Under the pieces are notes generated by a model. That model was not told the DNA's origin, searched no databases, and saw only the letters and a list, made by a program, of their open reading frames with translations. Both the position numbers and the translations under genes were made by a program. From positions 2,504 through 66,503 of IMG/VR virus record IMGVR_UViG_3300027415_000005: a stretch of DNA of 64,000 nt. One strand, written 5' to 3'. The DNA comes from a virus. Taxonomy: Duplodnaviria > Caudoviricetes. Position 1 is the first letter of the stretch. Each line of letters begins with the position of its first letter. This document shows positions 8,125-16,996 of this stretch, piece after piece.

Positions 8125-8369
8125 CACCTCGCCTCCGGAAACACGTCTGCGGGATCGTCTTCGCCGTCCGCAGCGGCGTCGGCCGCCGCGCGCGCCCGGG
8201 CCTCCTGCGCCTCGGCGACGAGCGTGGAGGCGTTCGCCTGCTGCGCCGCGCCGAGGTCGCGCTGATCCTGATCGTGCCGCAGGCTGTCGACCTCCTTCAC
8301 GATGGCGTCCGAAAACGTCCGCGCGAGGAGGCCGAGCAGCGTGCTCAGCAGGGCTGAGAGGCTGAACAT
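8124..8369 (-). CDS. Putative i-spanin (Rz-like)
   Basis: N-terminal TM then an Ala-rich coiled coil. Confidence 0.5.
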   Translation of the reverse strand: MFSLSALLSTLLGLLARTFSDAIVKEVDSLRHDQDQRDLGAAQQANASTLVAEAQEARARAAADAAADGEDDPADVFPEAR

Positions 8370-9082
8370 CAGCCGAGTGACCGGACTGGGTCAGCCGTGG
8401 TCGGGCCCACCGCCGTCGGCGTGGCGTGCGCGAGGGAGGCGTCCGGATCCTGCGGCAGCAGCGCGATGATGTGATCGCGGATCGCCGAGGTGCCACCGAC
8501 CCACTTGATGAACCACTCCGGCGCGTGCTGGACGGCGTAGTTCAGCGCGTTGGCCAGGACGGTGCTGCGCACGTCGACCGAGAGCTTCATGCCCTCGGCC
8601 GCGCCCTGGACGGTGTTAAAGCCGAAGGCGATGGCTCGCTCGACGAGCTGCTGGGTCAGGATGCCCTTGATCACCGAGCCGGCGGCGGCCGGCAGGCGGC
8701 GACATGCGAACGCGATCAGGCCCATGACGAGCGAGACGACGATCTCCTGGATGCCGGCGGCATAGGAGGCCAGCCACGTGCCGAGCGGCACCGTGACGAC
8801 GGCGGTGTCCGTGGCCGGCTGGGCGACGGTCGCGGCAGTTTGGGCGAGCGCGGGATGAGCGCCGAGACCGATGGCGGCGACCGCGAGCGCCACGGCAGCG
8901 AGCGTCAGCCCGGGCGCGCGGCGGGCTGCGCAGATCAGCGCGCCGATGAGCGCCAAGCCGAGCAGGAGCACCGTCACGCCGTGGCCGGCAGCGCGGGATA
9001 GGTCGAACGGCTGACCGGTCGCGGCCAGGGCTGGAGAGCAGACGCAGGCGAGCGCCAGCGCCGCGAGAGCGATGCGGTTCAT
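8369..9082 (-). CDS. Putative holin-family membrane protein with signal-peptide-like N-terminus
   Basis: Several hydrophobic segments; immediately downstream of the endolysin. Confidence 0.55.
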   Translation of the reverse strand: MNRIALAALALACVCSPALAATGQPFDLSRAAGHGVTVLLLGLALIGALICAARRAPGLTLAAVALAVAAIGLGAHPALAQTAATVAQPATDTAVVTVPLGTWLASYAAGIQEIVVSLVMGLIAFACRRLPAAAGSVIKGILTQQLVERAIAFGFNTVQGAAEGMKLSVDVRSTVLANALNYAVQHAPEWFIKWVGGTSAIRDHIIALLPQDPDASLAHATPTAVGPTTADPVRSLG

Positions 9083-9161
9083 GTCAGGTCTCGATTGTCG
9101 GGAGTGCGCGGCGGGCCCGGCCGGCTCGGGTCGAACTACCGCGGAATCCGCGGAGCTTGGG

Positions 9162-9941
9162 TCAGGCCCGCCGGCGGGCGGCGGCCTTCGCGGTGGGCTT
9201 GGCTCTCACCGCGGGGGCCTTCTTGAGAACCAACAAGGCTTGCTTCTCATCCGTGATGGGCGAAGCGAGCACAGCCGCGACGGCGGGCGCCGGCGGCGAC
9301 CATGGCGTATCCGGGACCTTGCGCCAGAACGCGTACCGGGCCGCCAGCTTCGTGTCGTAGGCGTTCTTGCGGTAGCCCGGGCCGTTGTAGCCCATGGCGA
9401 ACGCAGCCCAGCGGTGGTCGCGCAGCTCATCGTCGAGGTGGTTGGCGCGGATGAAGGCAACCGCCGCGGCAAGTTGCGCCTCCTCGCTGTCGAGGAAGGC
9501 CGCCACCATCTCGGCCGCGCTATCGAAGCCGGCCGCGACGTGGTTCGAGCCCATGATCTGCCCGAGCCCCCACGACGTCGCCTCAAGAGCGACGCGCGGA
9601 TCGACCGCGAGCGCCTGGACGATGCGCGGGTAGCTGTCGGCCGGATACGGCTTCGTGCCCCACTTCGGGTAGGCGATCCCAAGCCGGACGAGCTCGGCGC
9701 GTGCGGCGCCCTGCGAAAGTGCGTACGCCCGGTGCGGCTCGTAGAGCGCTTTCGGGCGGCCCTTGCTGTCGAAGCCGCCGCCGGACGTCTCGACGTCGAG
9801 GAAGGCGTGAATTTCATCCTCACCGACGCCGATGCCGTGCCCGAGGCGCGGCAGATCCTCGTCGGCGAGTCGCTTCCCGATGCCCTTGAAGGCGCTCTCG
9901 CGCAGGCGTCGCAGCGCCACCGCGCTGGCGGTGTCGGTCAT
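9162..9941 (-). CDS. Endolysin, N-acetylmuramidase (DUF3380-like)
   Basis: AFLDVETSG...LYEPH...SWGLGQIMGSNH..AGF...W..FA.GYNGP.Y. Confidence 0.9.
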   Translation of the reverse strand: MTDTASAVALRRLRESAFKGIGKRLADEDLPRLGHGIGVGEDEIHAFLDVETSGGGFDSKGRPKALYEPHRAYALSQGAARAELVRLGIAYPKWGTKPYPADSYPRIVQALAVDPRVALEATSWGLGQIMGSNHVAAGFDSAAEMVAAFLDSEEAQLAAAVAFIRANHLDDELRDHRWAAFAMGYNGPGYRKNAYDTKLAARYAFWRKVPDTPWSPPAPAVAAVLASPITDEKQALLVLKKAPAVRAKPTAKAAARRRA

Positions 9942-10030
9942 GTCGTCCTCACGATGTCAGGGGAGGAAGGCGCAGGAGGCCCAGGCGCTGACGCTAACGG
10001 CGCCCGGGCGCAGACAGATTTCGGTGGCCG

Positions 10031-11638
10031 TCAGCGCGACACGCTCACCATCTTGCCGAGCGGGACGATGGTCGCGGTGCCCTGAATCCTGCCGCCCTGA
10101 TTGAGCCGATAGCCAAGATCGGCCACGCCAGGCGTGTTGGTCCCCACAGCGAAATCGATCGTGGCGCTTCCGCCCTGAGTGCTCGACTTCTGCGTGACGA
10201 CCAGCGGGCCCGCCCCAGTGTTCGTCAGGAGGAACTCTTCATCGCGCACAAACCCGCCCACGCCCTGGATGACACCCTCAAGAACCAGATGGATCGAGGC
10301 AGAGCGGAACGGCGGCACCGTGACGTGGTAGGCATAAGCGTAGTTCGTCGAGCTGGACGTATCGATCGCTACCGTGTCCGCCCGATTGAGGAAGCCATAC
10401 TCGTCAGCGAACGCCGTGCGGTTGTCCTGCAATGACACCGCCCCCGTGACGGTGTTTTGCCCGACGACGATGTTATTGGCGCCCGGATCCAGCTTGATCG
10501 GGAAGCCGGAGATCGAGCTGAAGTTGTTACCGGTGATTACTGCGCCAGAGGCGCCGGGACCCGCAAACCACAGGCCGGTGGGGCACCCGGCGAACTCGTT
10601 CCCAACGATCGAGATGTTGCCGAAAACTCCGGTGGTGCCGCCGGCGACCCGCTCAAACTTCATGCAGGCGGTGCCGCTGTTCTCGATCGAGTTGCCCGAG
10701 AACTGGAAATCCTGCGTCGCCGTGCCATCCGGCAGCTTCATGTGCCAGCCGATGTCGCCGCCCAGCCCCTTGAAGCCGAGCACCTTGAGGCCGCCGCCGC
10801 TTTCGTAAGAGACGAGATCGCCGGTCTTCGTGAAATTGTCGACCTTGACACCGAGCCACGTCCAGTCGCCGGCGTCCGAGTTGGCAATGTTGCGCGTGCG
10901 AATACCGATGTTCTTCGAGCCATCCACCGAGACGTTGTCGAGCTTGCCGGTGACGTTCGATTGGATGTCGATGCCCGTATCGAAGCCGATGATACGGGAG
11001 TCGCGCAGAACCGGCGATGAGCCCTGCTCGCCGGCGCCCATCTGAACGCCGACGCTGCCCAGCCCGTTGATGCCGACGAAGGTCAGCGGCAGGTTGTAGA
11101 GGCCCGAATAGTTTCCGATGAGCGTGGCGCACGCGCCGGCCGAGACCTTGCACTTCAGTCCCAGGGTCGCGCCGGCCCCGGACCACTGCTGCCCATTGCC
11201 GAGCGTCACCCCAGACCCGATGAGATAGCCAGGATGGCTGTCGAGGGTGAGTGATCCCCCGTCCTGCCCAGGCGTTTTTACGGCCGCGTTTGCGGCTCGC
11301 AGGGCAGCGGCATCGTCCGTGACTCCATCGCCGGTGACGGAGTAAGTAGCGGCCCTGCCAGCGTTCGGCGGGAACACGCTCTGCGCAAGAGGTCGCGCGG
11401 CGAACCCGGAAGCAGTCGGCGCAAGGCTCAGTCCGGAAAGAGGGCAGGCCCCGCCCGGCAGGCACACAATCCCGCCCTTCGTTTGTAGGGCCGTGGAGCC
11501 GTGCAGCGTGATGCTGTCCGCCTCCGGACGATACAGATCGACGGAGGGATATCGCGCAGACTTGCTCGCGTCCCAAGCCAATGCATGGCTCGACACTGCG
11601 GAGAAGAGCAGCGCCGGCACAACTAGCCTATGCATCAT
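10031..11638 (-). CDS. Right-handed beta-helix (pectate-lyase-3-like) depolymerase/tailspike with N-terminal signal peptide
   Basis: GDGVTDDAAAL motif, Asn/Gly-rich beta repeats; MHRLVVPALLFSAVSSHALA. Confidence 0.75.
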   Translation of the reverse strand: MMHRLVVPALLFSAVSSHALAWDASKSARYPSVDLYRPEADSITLHGSTALQTKGGIVCLPGGACPLSGLSLAPTASGFAARPLAQSVFPPNAGRAATYSVTGDGVTDDAAALRAANAAVKTPGQDGGSLTLDSHPGYLIGSGVTLGNGQQWSGAGATLGLKCKVSAGACATLIGNYSGLYNLPLTFVGINGLGSVGVQMGAGEQGSSPVLRDSRIIGFDTGIDIQSNVTGKLDNVSVDGSKNIGIRTRNIANSDAGDWTWLGVKVDNFTKTGDLVSYESGGGLKVLGFKGLGGDIGWHMKLPDGTATQDFQFSGNSIENSGTACMKFERVAGGTTGVFGNISIVGNEFAGCPTGLWFAGPGASGAVITGNNFSSISGFPIKLDPGANNIVVGQNTVTGAVSLQDNRTAFADEYGFLNRADTVAIDTSSSTNYAYAYHVTVPPFRSASIHLVLEGVIQGVGGFVRDEEFLLTNTGAGPLVVTQKSSTQGGSATIDFAVGTNTPGVADLGYRLNQGGRIQGTATIVPLGKMVSVSR

Positions 11639-11672
11639 CGTATCTCCAGAAAACCAGCTGCGTTCGGTAGCG

Positions 11673-12125
11673 TCACTTGAAGTAGATCGTGTATGGCTTG
11701 CCGGCGGTGCCGCCGATTATTGTCACGATGCCGGTCGGAACCCGCGTGTCGTAAGTCACGGTCGCCCCGGGCGCGAGCATGATGGTCCCGACCCCGTTCA
11801 GCACCGCAGGGCGGTTGAAAGCGAAGCCGACGGGCGTGGTCGCGTCCGGGTTGTGGATCTGGAGAAAACTGCGGGTCGCACTCGCCTCGACCACGTTCTG
11901 CGACGTGTTCGCCGCGATTATCGTCCCAGAGGCGTCGGTGGTCGGCGCCGGCGAAGCGACCGAGACAGCATTCGATGTGCCCGGTGCTGTCTGGTCGATC
12001 CCGATCGAGCCAGAAATGGACCAGGGAGACGTGCCCTGGTCGACGGTAAATTTCGGCTGTTGCTGCGCGTCAGCAGCCACAGTCAGGCAGGCAAGCGCCG
12101 TCAGCGCGAGGATGAGCTTGCGCAT
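11673..12125 (-). CDS. Signal-peptide-bearing protein, paralog of the upstream gene's C-terminal domain
   Basis: MRKLILALTALACLTVAADA-QQ; TRSFLQIHN..ILAPG.TV.YD.RVPT. Confidence 0.7.
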   Translation of the reverse strand: MRKLILALTALACLTVAADAQQQPKFTVDQGTSPWSISGSIGIDQTAPGTSNAVSVASPAPTTDASGTIIAANTSQNVVEASATRSFLQIHNPDATTPVGFAFNRPAVLNGVGTIMLAPGATVTYDTRVPTGIVTIIGGTAGKPYTIYFK

Positions 12126-12165
12126 GGATAGATTCCGATTTTGCAGGGGAGAGGTGGCCGGGGTG

Positions 12166-13449
12166 CTAGCCGCTCGTGACGAAGCAGGTGGTGCCGCTCG
12201 TCGAAAAGACGTTGAGTGGCGCGGTCGGCACCTTCCTGTCGTACCGGACGCTCTGGCCAGGCGCGAGGATGTGGCCCACGGCGGCGGTTGCTGCAGCTCC
12301 CCAACGGTAGGCCATCGGGTTCGGCCCGGTATTCGTGATCTCGATGAACTGGCGGGTCGGGTTGGCCGCCGCGGCCACGACATTCGCCCCAGCGGCGATC
12401 GGCGCCCCGCCATTGTCCGCCGTGATCATCGATCCAGCGACCAGGGCCCGAACAGCCTCGAGCTTGGACTCCGTCGCTGCCCCGTCCGGCAGAGGCAGAG
12501 CCGCCGCTGAGATCGGCTGAGTGACGGAGGATCCATCAACCTGAAGGCCGCCGTCCGCCGTCAGCGCGGATGGAAGCCGGTCGCGGATTGCGGTCAGGAG
12601 CGTGGCGAGCCCGGTGATCGACGCGAGCAGCCGGGCCAGCCGAGCGATGACCGAGCCGTCGGCGGCGTCTGACCCGGGATCATCGTCTCCGGGTGCACCG
12701 ATGCCCGTCGCGATCGTCGCGAGGGCGGTATTCGTGGTGTCCTGGCGAGCGGCAGTCGAGGCGCCGTCCGGCAGCGACGAATAGGGCGAGATGGATGCGG
12801 TACTGGGCGGCGCGGCCAGCTTCGCGCCCGTCGTGACGTTGAACCAGTAGTTTGAGATCGGATCGCCGGCGTCGCCGTCCGTCACTACGAAATGATCGAG
12901 GTAGTCTCCGGACGAGAAGCCGGTCCCGTCCGCGGTCGCGCGCCACGTCGAGCGGGAGATCACCAACCCGCTGTCGTAGTCCGGTCGGGCGCCAGCACCG
13001 GGCGGCGAACCTGCATTGCCGGCCACGTCCGTCCAGGTGATCGTGCCTCCGCTGTCCACCCGGATGAAGCGGACCCCGGTGTCGTCGGCCCAGATGGTTT
13101 CCGAGCGCTGCGCTTTGACCGCGTCGCGGATCTCGGTCAGGCGCGTGATTCCAGTGTCCTGCTTGCTCTCGCGAGCGGCGTCCGGCGGGAGATCGTTGAT
13201 CCCGTCGTCATACTGGATCACCAGCGGATCCGCCGGCACCATGCCATTCGTGTTGAACGACAGCGTGACGACGGAACCCGAGACGTTGGAGGCGACGAGG
13301 TCGGGGACGATTGGGCTGTAGATGAGCTGCCCGGTCCTGGCGTTCGCGACGCCGAACAGGCGCCGGAGCTCGAAGTTGGGCGTGCCCGAGAAGTCGAGCG
13401 TCCGGTTGGCCGGGTCGAACACCGGGCGGGTGGCGATGGGCTTCTTCAT
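12166..13449 (-). CDS. Putative tail fibre/appendage protein (427 aa)
   Basis: ATG 13449 (MKKPIATRP); position in the tail module; beta-rich with helical linkers. Confidence 0.65.
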   Translation of the reverse strand: MKKPIATRPVFDPANRTLDFSGTPNFELRRLFGVANARTGQLIYSPIVPDLVASNVSGSVVTLSFNTNGMVPADPLVIQYDDGINDLPPDAARESKQDTGITRLTEIRDAVKAQRSETIWADDTGVRFIRVDSGGTITWTDVAGNAGSPPGAGARPDYDSGLVISRSTWRATADGTGFSSGDYLDHFVVTDGDAGDPISNYWFNVTTGAKLAAPPSTASISPYSSLPDGASTAARQDTTNTALATIATGIGAPGDDDPGSDAADGSVIARLARLLASITGLATLLTAIRDRLPSALTADGGLQVDGSSVTQPISAAALPLPDGAATESKLEAVRALVAGSMITADNGGAPIAAGANVVAAAANPTRQFIEITNTGPNPMAYRWGAAATAAVGHILAPGQSVRYDRKVPTAPLNVFSTSGTTCFVTSG

Positions 13450-13460
13450 CTGACCGTCCC

Positions 13461-14006
13461 TCAACCCAGCAGGAGTGCGCTGGCGGCGTAGAATTTCTTG
13501 GCGTCGGCAATGGCCGCGGCCATGTCCTGGCGGATGATCGCCTCGCGGGCGTCGGTGTAGGAGGCCGCATCCGGCACGCTGACATCGACGATGATGCTCT
13601 GCTCGAGCACAGAGACGTCGAGCACAGTGTCTCCCGGAGCGCCTTGGCCGGGGCCGATCACCTGCACGGCACCGGTAACGTAGGTGCGCCGATCTCCGGG
13701 CACTGGGACGCGATAGAGCGACCAGATCACGCTCTGCCCGAGCAGCCTGCGCGTCTCGGCGGGCGTGAACTGCCGAACGAGCTCCGTCTTGTCCGGTCCG
13801 ACGATCAGCGCGAGCCGATCGCTGTCGAAGGCATCCGAGGTCGTAGAGACGATTCGACCCTTCGCCCAATCGAGTGAGACGACGAAAGCCTCCCCCGCGG
13901 CGAGTTGGAGCGGTAGGCGATTGCCCCCGTCCGTCGTGTGTAGGCGAATGGTCAGCGTGAGAGAGTCCCCTGCAACGATCTGCAGGGGAACGACGGCGGG
14001 CTGCAT
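13461..14006 (-). CDS. Tail adaptor-like Ig-fold protein (BppU-N/LtfC-like)
   Basis: P...L.IVAGDSL.L...TGAVQV pattern. Confidence 0.5.
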   Translation of the reverse strand: MQPAVVPLQIVAGDSLTLTIRLHTTDGGNRLPLQLAAGEAFVVSLDWAKGRIVSTTSDAFDSDRLALIVGPDKTELVRQFTPAETRRLLGQSVIWSLYRVPVPGDRRTYVTGAVQVIGPGQGAPGDTVLDVSVLEQSIIVDVSVPDAASYTDAREAIIRQDMAAAIADAKKFYAASALLLG

Positions 14007-14018
14007 AGGGGATCTCCG

Positions 14019-14429
14019 TCAGGCGTCGGGCGTGATCGCGAGCAAGCCCTTGTTCAACCATGGCGTGCCGGCATCCGGCGGCGGCTCCGTCGGGAGCATG
14101 CCCCGCAGCTTGCCCGGAGTGGTCAGCATGTCGACGATGGCCGCGGCGGTGAGCTCCTGAGCCTGCTGCACCACGAGGCGGGCCACGGATTGCACCATGG
14201 CGGCGGTGGCGACCCGGGGGCTGTCCTCGTCGGGTTCGGGGGTTGTCGCCAGTGCCTCGCCGAGGTTCGGCCGCGCGAGGAGGTCGGCGATCGTCTTCGA
14301 GAGCAGCGCCTCGGCCTCATTCTGGAATCCGAGCGGGAACGGCACCACCACCTCCACGAGGTAGGGCTCGATCCGCGGCACGAGCGCCACGGACGGCGCC
14401 GGCAAGACGTTGGCAAGGCCAGCGGCCAT
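14019..14429 (-). CDS. Tail-associated protein
   Basis: Ends in LPTEPPP..G..W.N.G motif. Confidence 0.6.
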   Translation of the reverse strand: MAAGLANVLPAPSVALVPRIEPYLVEVVVPFPLGFQNEAEALLSKTIADLLARPNLGEALATTPEPDEDSPRVATAAMVQSVARLVVQQAQELTAAAIVDMLTTPGKLRGMLPTEPPPDAGTPWLNKGLLAITPDA

Positions 14430-14430
14430 C

Positions 14431-14787
14431 TCAGTCCTCCAGGGCTACGGTGCCGGTCAGGAACGGCACCGGGGCGCCGTCCGGCATCAGCAGGCGGATG
14501 CGGGTCGCGATGGGCTGCACGGCTCCCTCGAGTTCCTCCACACGCGCGGCGGAGACCGGGAAGCTGATCACGCCCGAGCGAGGGTCGATGCTCAGCAGGC
14601 GGTCGGGCGCGTCGAACTGCGTCCGGACCTCCTGTCCGGTGGGCCATTCGACCGTCCATTCGATCGTGACGCCCGGCACCGGCAGGCGCCGGACCTCGCC
14701 CGTGCGCGGATCACGACCATGAAGGATGACGCCGAGATACGCCGTCCCGCCGCGGGGGAATCGGAAGTCGTAAGGAGCCGGCCTCAT
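14431..14787 (-). CDS. Tail adaptor-like Ig-fold protein
   Basis: MRPAPYDFRFPRGGT...LTGTVALE; ATGA coupling with the upstream gene. Confidence 0.55.
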   Translation of the reverse strand: MRPAPYDFRFPRGGTAYLGVILHGRDPRTGEVRRLPVPGVTIEWTVEWPTGQEVRTQFDAPDRLLSIDPRSGVISFPVSAARVEELEGAVQPIATRIRLLMPDGAPVPFLTGTVALED

Positions 14788-16274
14788 GGCGTCACCGCGG
14801 GGATGCCGTTGTTGTTCCAACGCTTCCCTGACCCTGGCGGCGGCTCCGTCGGCAGGCTCGCCATCCAGGTCTCGTACCCGCTCTCCAGCATCCCGGCGAC
14901 GACGTCAGATGCCACCACCTCGCGCACGAACACCGCGCCATCGCAGACGAAGCTGTCGGCATCAGCGGCAAGTTGCGCCGATGTCCGCACATACCGGCCG
15001 CCGCCACCATCGCCGGCGAACTTGCGGCCGAGGAGCTCGACGACCTGAACCCCGGCCGGGATGACGGCATAGGCAGCATCGCCTTTCGATCCGAAGGTGA
15101 GCTTGCTGGGCGTGCCGGCCTCGCTCTCCAGCACCTGAAGACGAGCCATGAGATCGGCAGATTCCAGCGCCGCGAGCCGCGCCTCGAAGTTCGCGATCGG
15201 GGGCGCCAGGACGAACGCCCCGGTCACGTCTTCGACGCTGAGCACCTCAACGTCGGTCAGGGCGTCCGGCCCATACATCGCAACGATGGGCACTATGAAC
15301 CGGGCAGATGGAGGAGCCTGGAAGGCTGCACCGAGGCCGGCCGATCGAGCGATCAGCGCCTCACATTCCTGGCGGCCGTTGGCAGTCACCAGCGACGGAT
15401 AGGTCCGGACCGGCACGACCGCGCCCAGCACCCGAAGAGACTGGTCGAGGTAGAGGATCCCGCAGACCACGGCATCCCCCGTCGGATCCGCCGGATTGCT
15501 ACGACGTTGGACCACGTAGCGGCTGCGATACAGACGCCCGGGCTCCAGAGGGTAGGCGTCGCGCGCGGCTACGATGCCCGGCCCGGACACACGAACGACC
15601 GGGCCGTTATCACCAGTCGCCAGCATCTGCGGCGGCAGGAACGGTAGGAGCGGGCGGGGTCCGCCGAGGATCGCGGGATTGGCCGTGAAGGTGTAGCGCA
15701 GCGGCGCAGTCCCTGGGCGCCCCGCCGCGGACAGCAGGTCGAACCGCTGGCCGGCGATCAGCGACTGGAGCGCCGTGACAGCGTCCGAGAGAGCCTTGTC
15801 CTGCTTGGCGCCGCCCGAATTGATCAGTGCCTCCAGATCCGACACCGCGTCGGCCAGAGCCTGCGCCTGTGCCTGGATCGCATCAGAGCGCGCCTTCTGC
15901 TCAGCCGCGTCGCCGCTCGTGCGGGCCGTCGTCTCAGCGTTCAGCGCCTCCCGCAGCGAATCCCCGAGGTCGCTGATCGCCCGGCGAATTGGCTGGATCG
16001 CCGTGGCGATCGCATCGTTGCGGGCATTCGCCTCGGCGTTGATGCCATCCTGCCGGGCGCGTCCCTCCGCCTGATCACCGTTGGCACGATCCTGTGCGAG
16101 GCCCGTGTCCGCCGCTTGGCGAGCGCGAGCCTCAGCGTTGACCGCATCCTGCGTGTTCGCGAGGGCCTGCTGCAGGTCAGCGATCCTAGACGCCGCCGTA
16201 TCGACGGCATCACACACCGCCTGAAGGCTGGTGTAGAACGATGCTGGGCTGCTCGGATCTGGCCGTGCGACCAT
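14784..16274 (-). CDS. Tail fibre-like protein (coiled coil plus carbohydrate-binding-like beta domain)
   Basis: Ala/Gln heptad repeats (EA.AR..AD) then a beta-rich domain. Confidence 0.65.
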   Translation of the reverse strand: MVARPDPSSPASFYTSLQAVCDAVDTAASRIADLQQALANTQDAVNAEARARQAADTGLAQDRANGDQAEGRARQDGINAEANARNDAIATAIQPIRRAISDLGDSLREALNAETTARTSGDAAEQKARSDAIQAQAQALADAVSDLEALINSGGAKQDKALSDAVTALQSLIAGQRFDLLSAAGRPGTAPLRYTFTANPAILGGPRPLLPFLPPQMLATGDNGPVVRVSGPGIVAARDAYPLEPGRLYRSRYVVQRRSNPADPTGDAVVCGILYLDQSLRVLGAVVPVRTYPSLVTANGRQECEALIARSAGLGAAFQAPPSARFIVPIVAMYGPDALTDVEVLSVEDVTGAFVLAPPIANFEARLAALESADLMARLQVLESEAGTPSKLTFGSKGDAAYAVIPAGVQVVELLGRKFAGDGGGGRYVRTSAQLAADADSFVCDGAVFVREVVASDVVAGMLESGYETWMASLPTEPPPGSGKRWNNNGIPAVTP

Positions 16275-16303
16275 GCTAACCTCGCGTCAGACGGTGAAGC
16301 GCA

Positions 16304-16996
16304 TCAGACGAAGGCCTCGATGAGATCGAGGGTCACGTCCGAGAGCGGCGAAGTGGTCATGTCGAAAGCCGCCGTGTCGCCGTCTGCGAGTCGCATCAGG
16401 CAGCGAGGGGCATCGAAGGACACCGGGGTGCCGGCGCCGTAATCGGCTCGGAGCCACGGGCGGACGGCGATATCGACGACACCGCTTGGCCCCGGATCCG
16501 AAACCGGGCTGACGATCACGTGCAGACGGTCACCGATCGACAGGTACTGCCCCCGCTTCACCGTTCCGCCGCGGGCCTTGCTGATCCGGATCGTCGTCGC
16601 GTTCATTGCCGCATCGGCCGCGAGAGCGAAACTGATCGCACCGTTTGTGTCCGGGTTGACCGAGAAGCCTGGGCTGACCGCTGCGTTGCGCGCGGCTACG
16701 TCCGGGGTGATCGGCTGCCCCGTGATCGGGAAGACGTTCCAGGGCTGGCCCCGATAATCGTAGGGCCCGATCAGGAACGGTGTGCTCTGACCGGCAAGTC
16801 CCGCGATGAAGCCTCGCGCCTCGAGGTAATCGTCATCGTCGAGTAGGTGGAACGTCATCTTGGCGCGCCAGCGGCTCGTCGGGCTCGCCACGAATTGCTG
16901 CGCACCCTGAAATGACTGGCCGCCGCTGCGGGCAGAGTTCTGCAGGCTCCAGTTCTCTGTCGAGCACCGGAGTCGCGTCGGGAACAGCTCGGCCAT
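16304..16996 (-). CDS. Distal tail (Dit)-like protein
   Basis: SGGQSFQG..Q.V....RWRA.M.F...PWLR....G....F..P.CLMRL. Confidence 0.65.
   Translation of the reverse strand: MAELFPTRLRCSTENWSLQNSARSGGQSFQGAQQFVASPTSRWRAKMTFHLLDDDDYLEARGFIAGLAGQSTPFLIGPYDYRGQPWNVFPITGQPITPDVAARNAAVSPGFSVNPDTNGAISFALAADAAMNATTIRISKARGGTVKRGQYLSIGDRLHVIVSPVSDPGPSGVVDIAVRPWLRADYGAGTPVSFDAPRCLMRLADGDTAAFDMTTSPLSDVTLDLIEAFV

Noticed and set aside
9133-9147. GAAC-N7-GAAT LexA-like site
   Set aside because: One mismatch, inside the lysis operon, with no evident promoter
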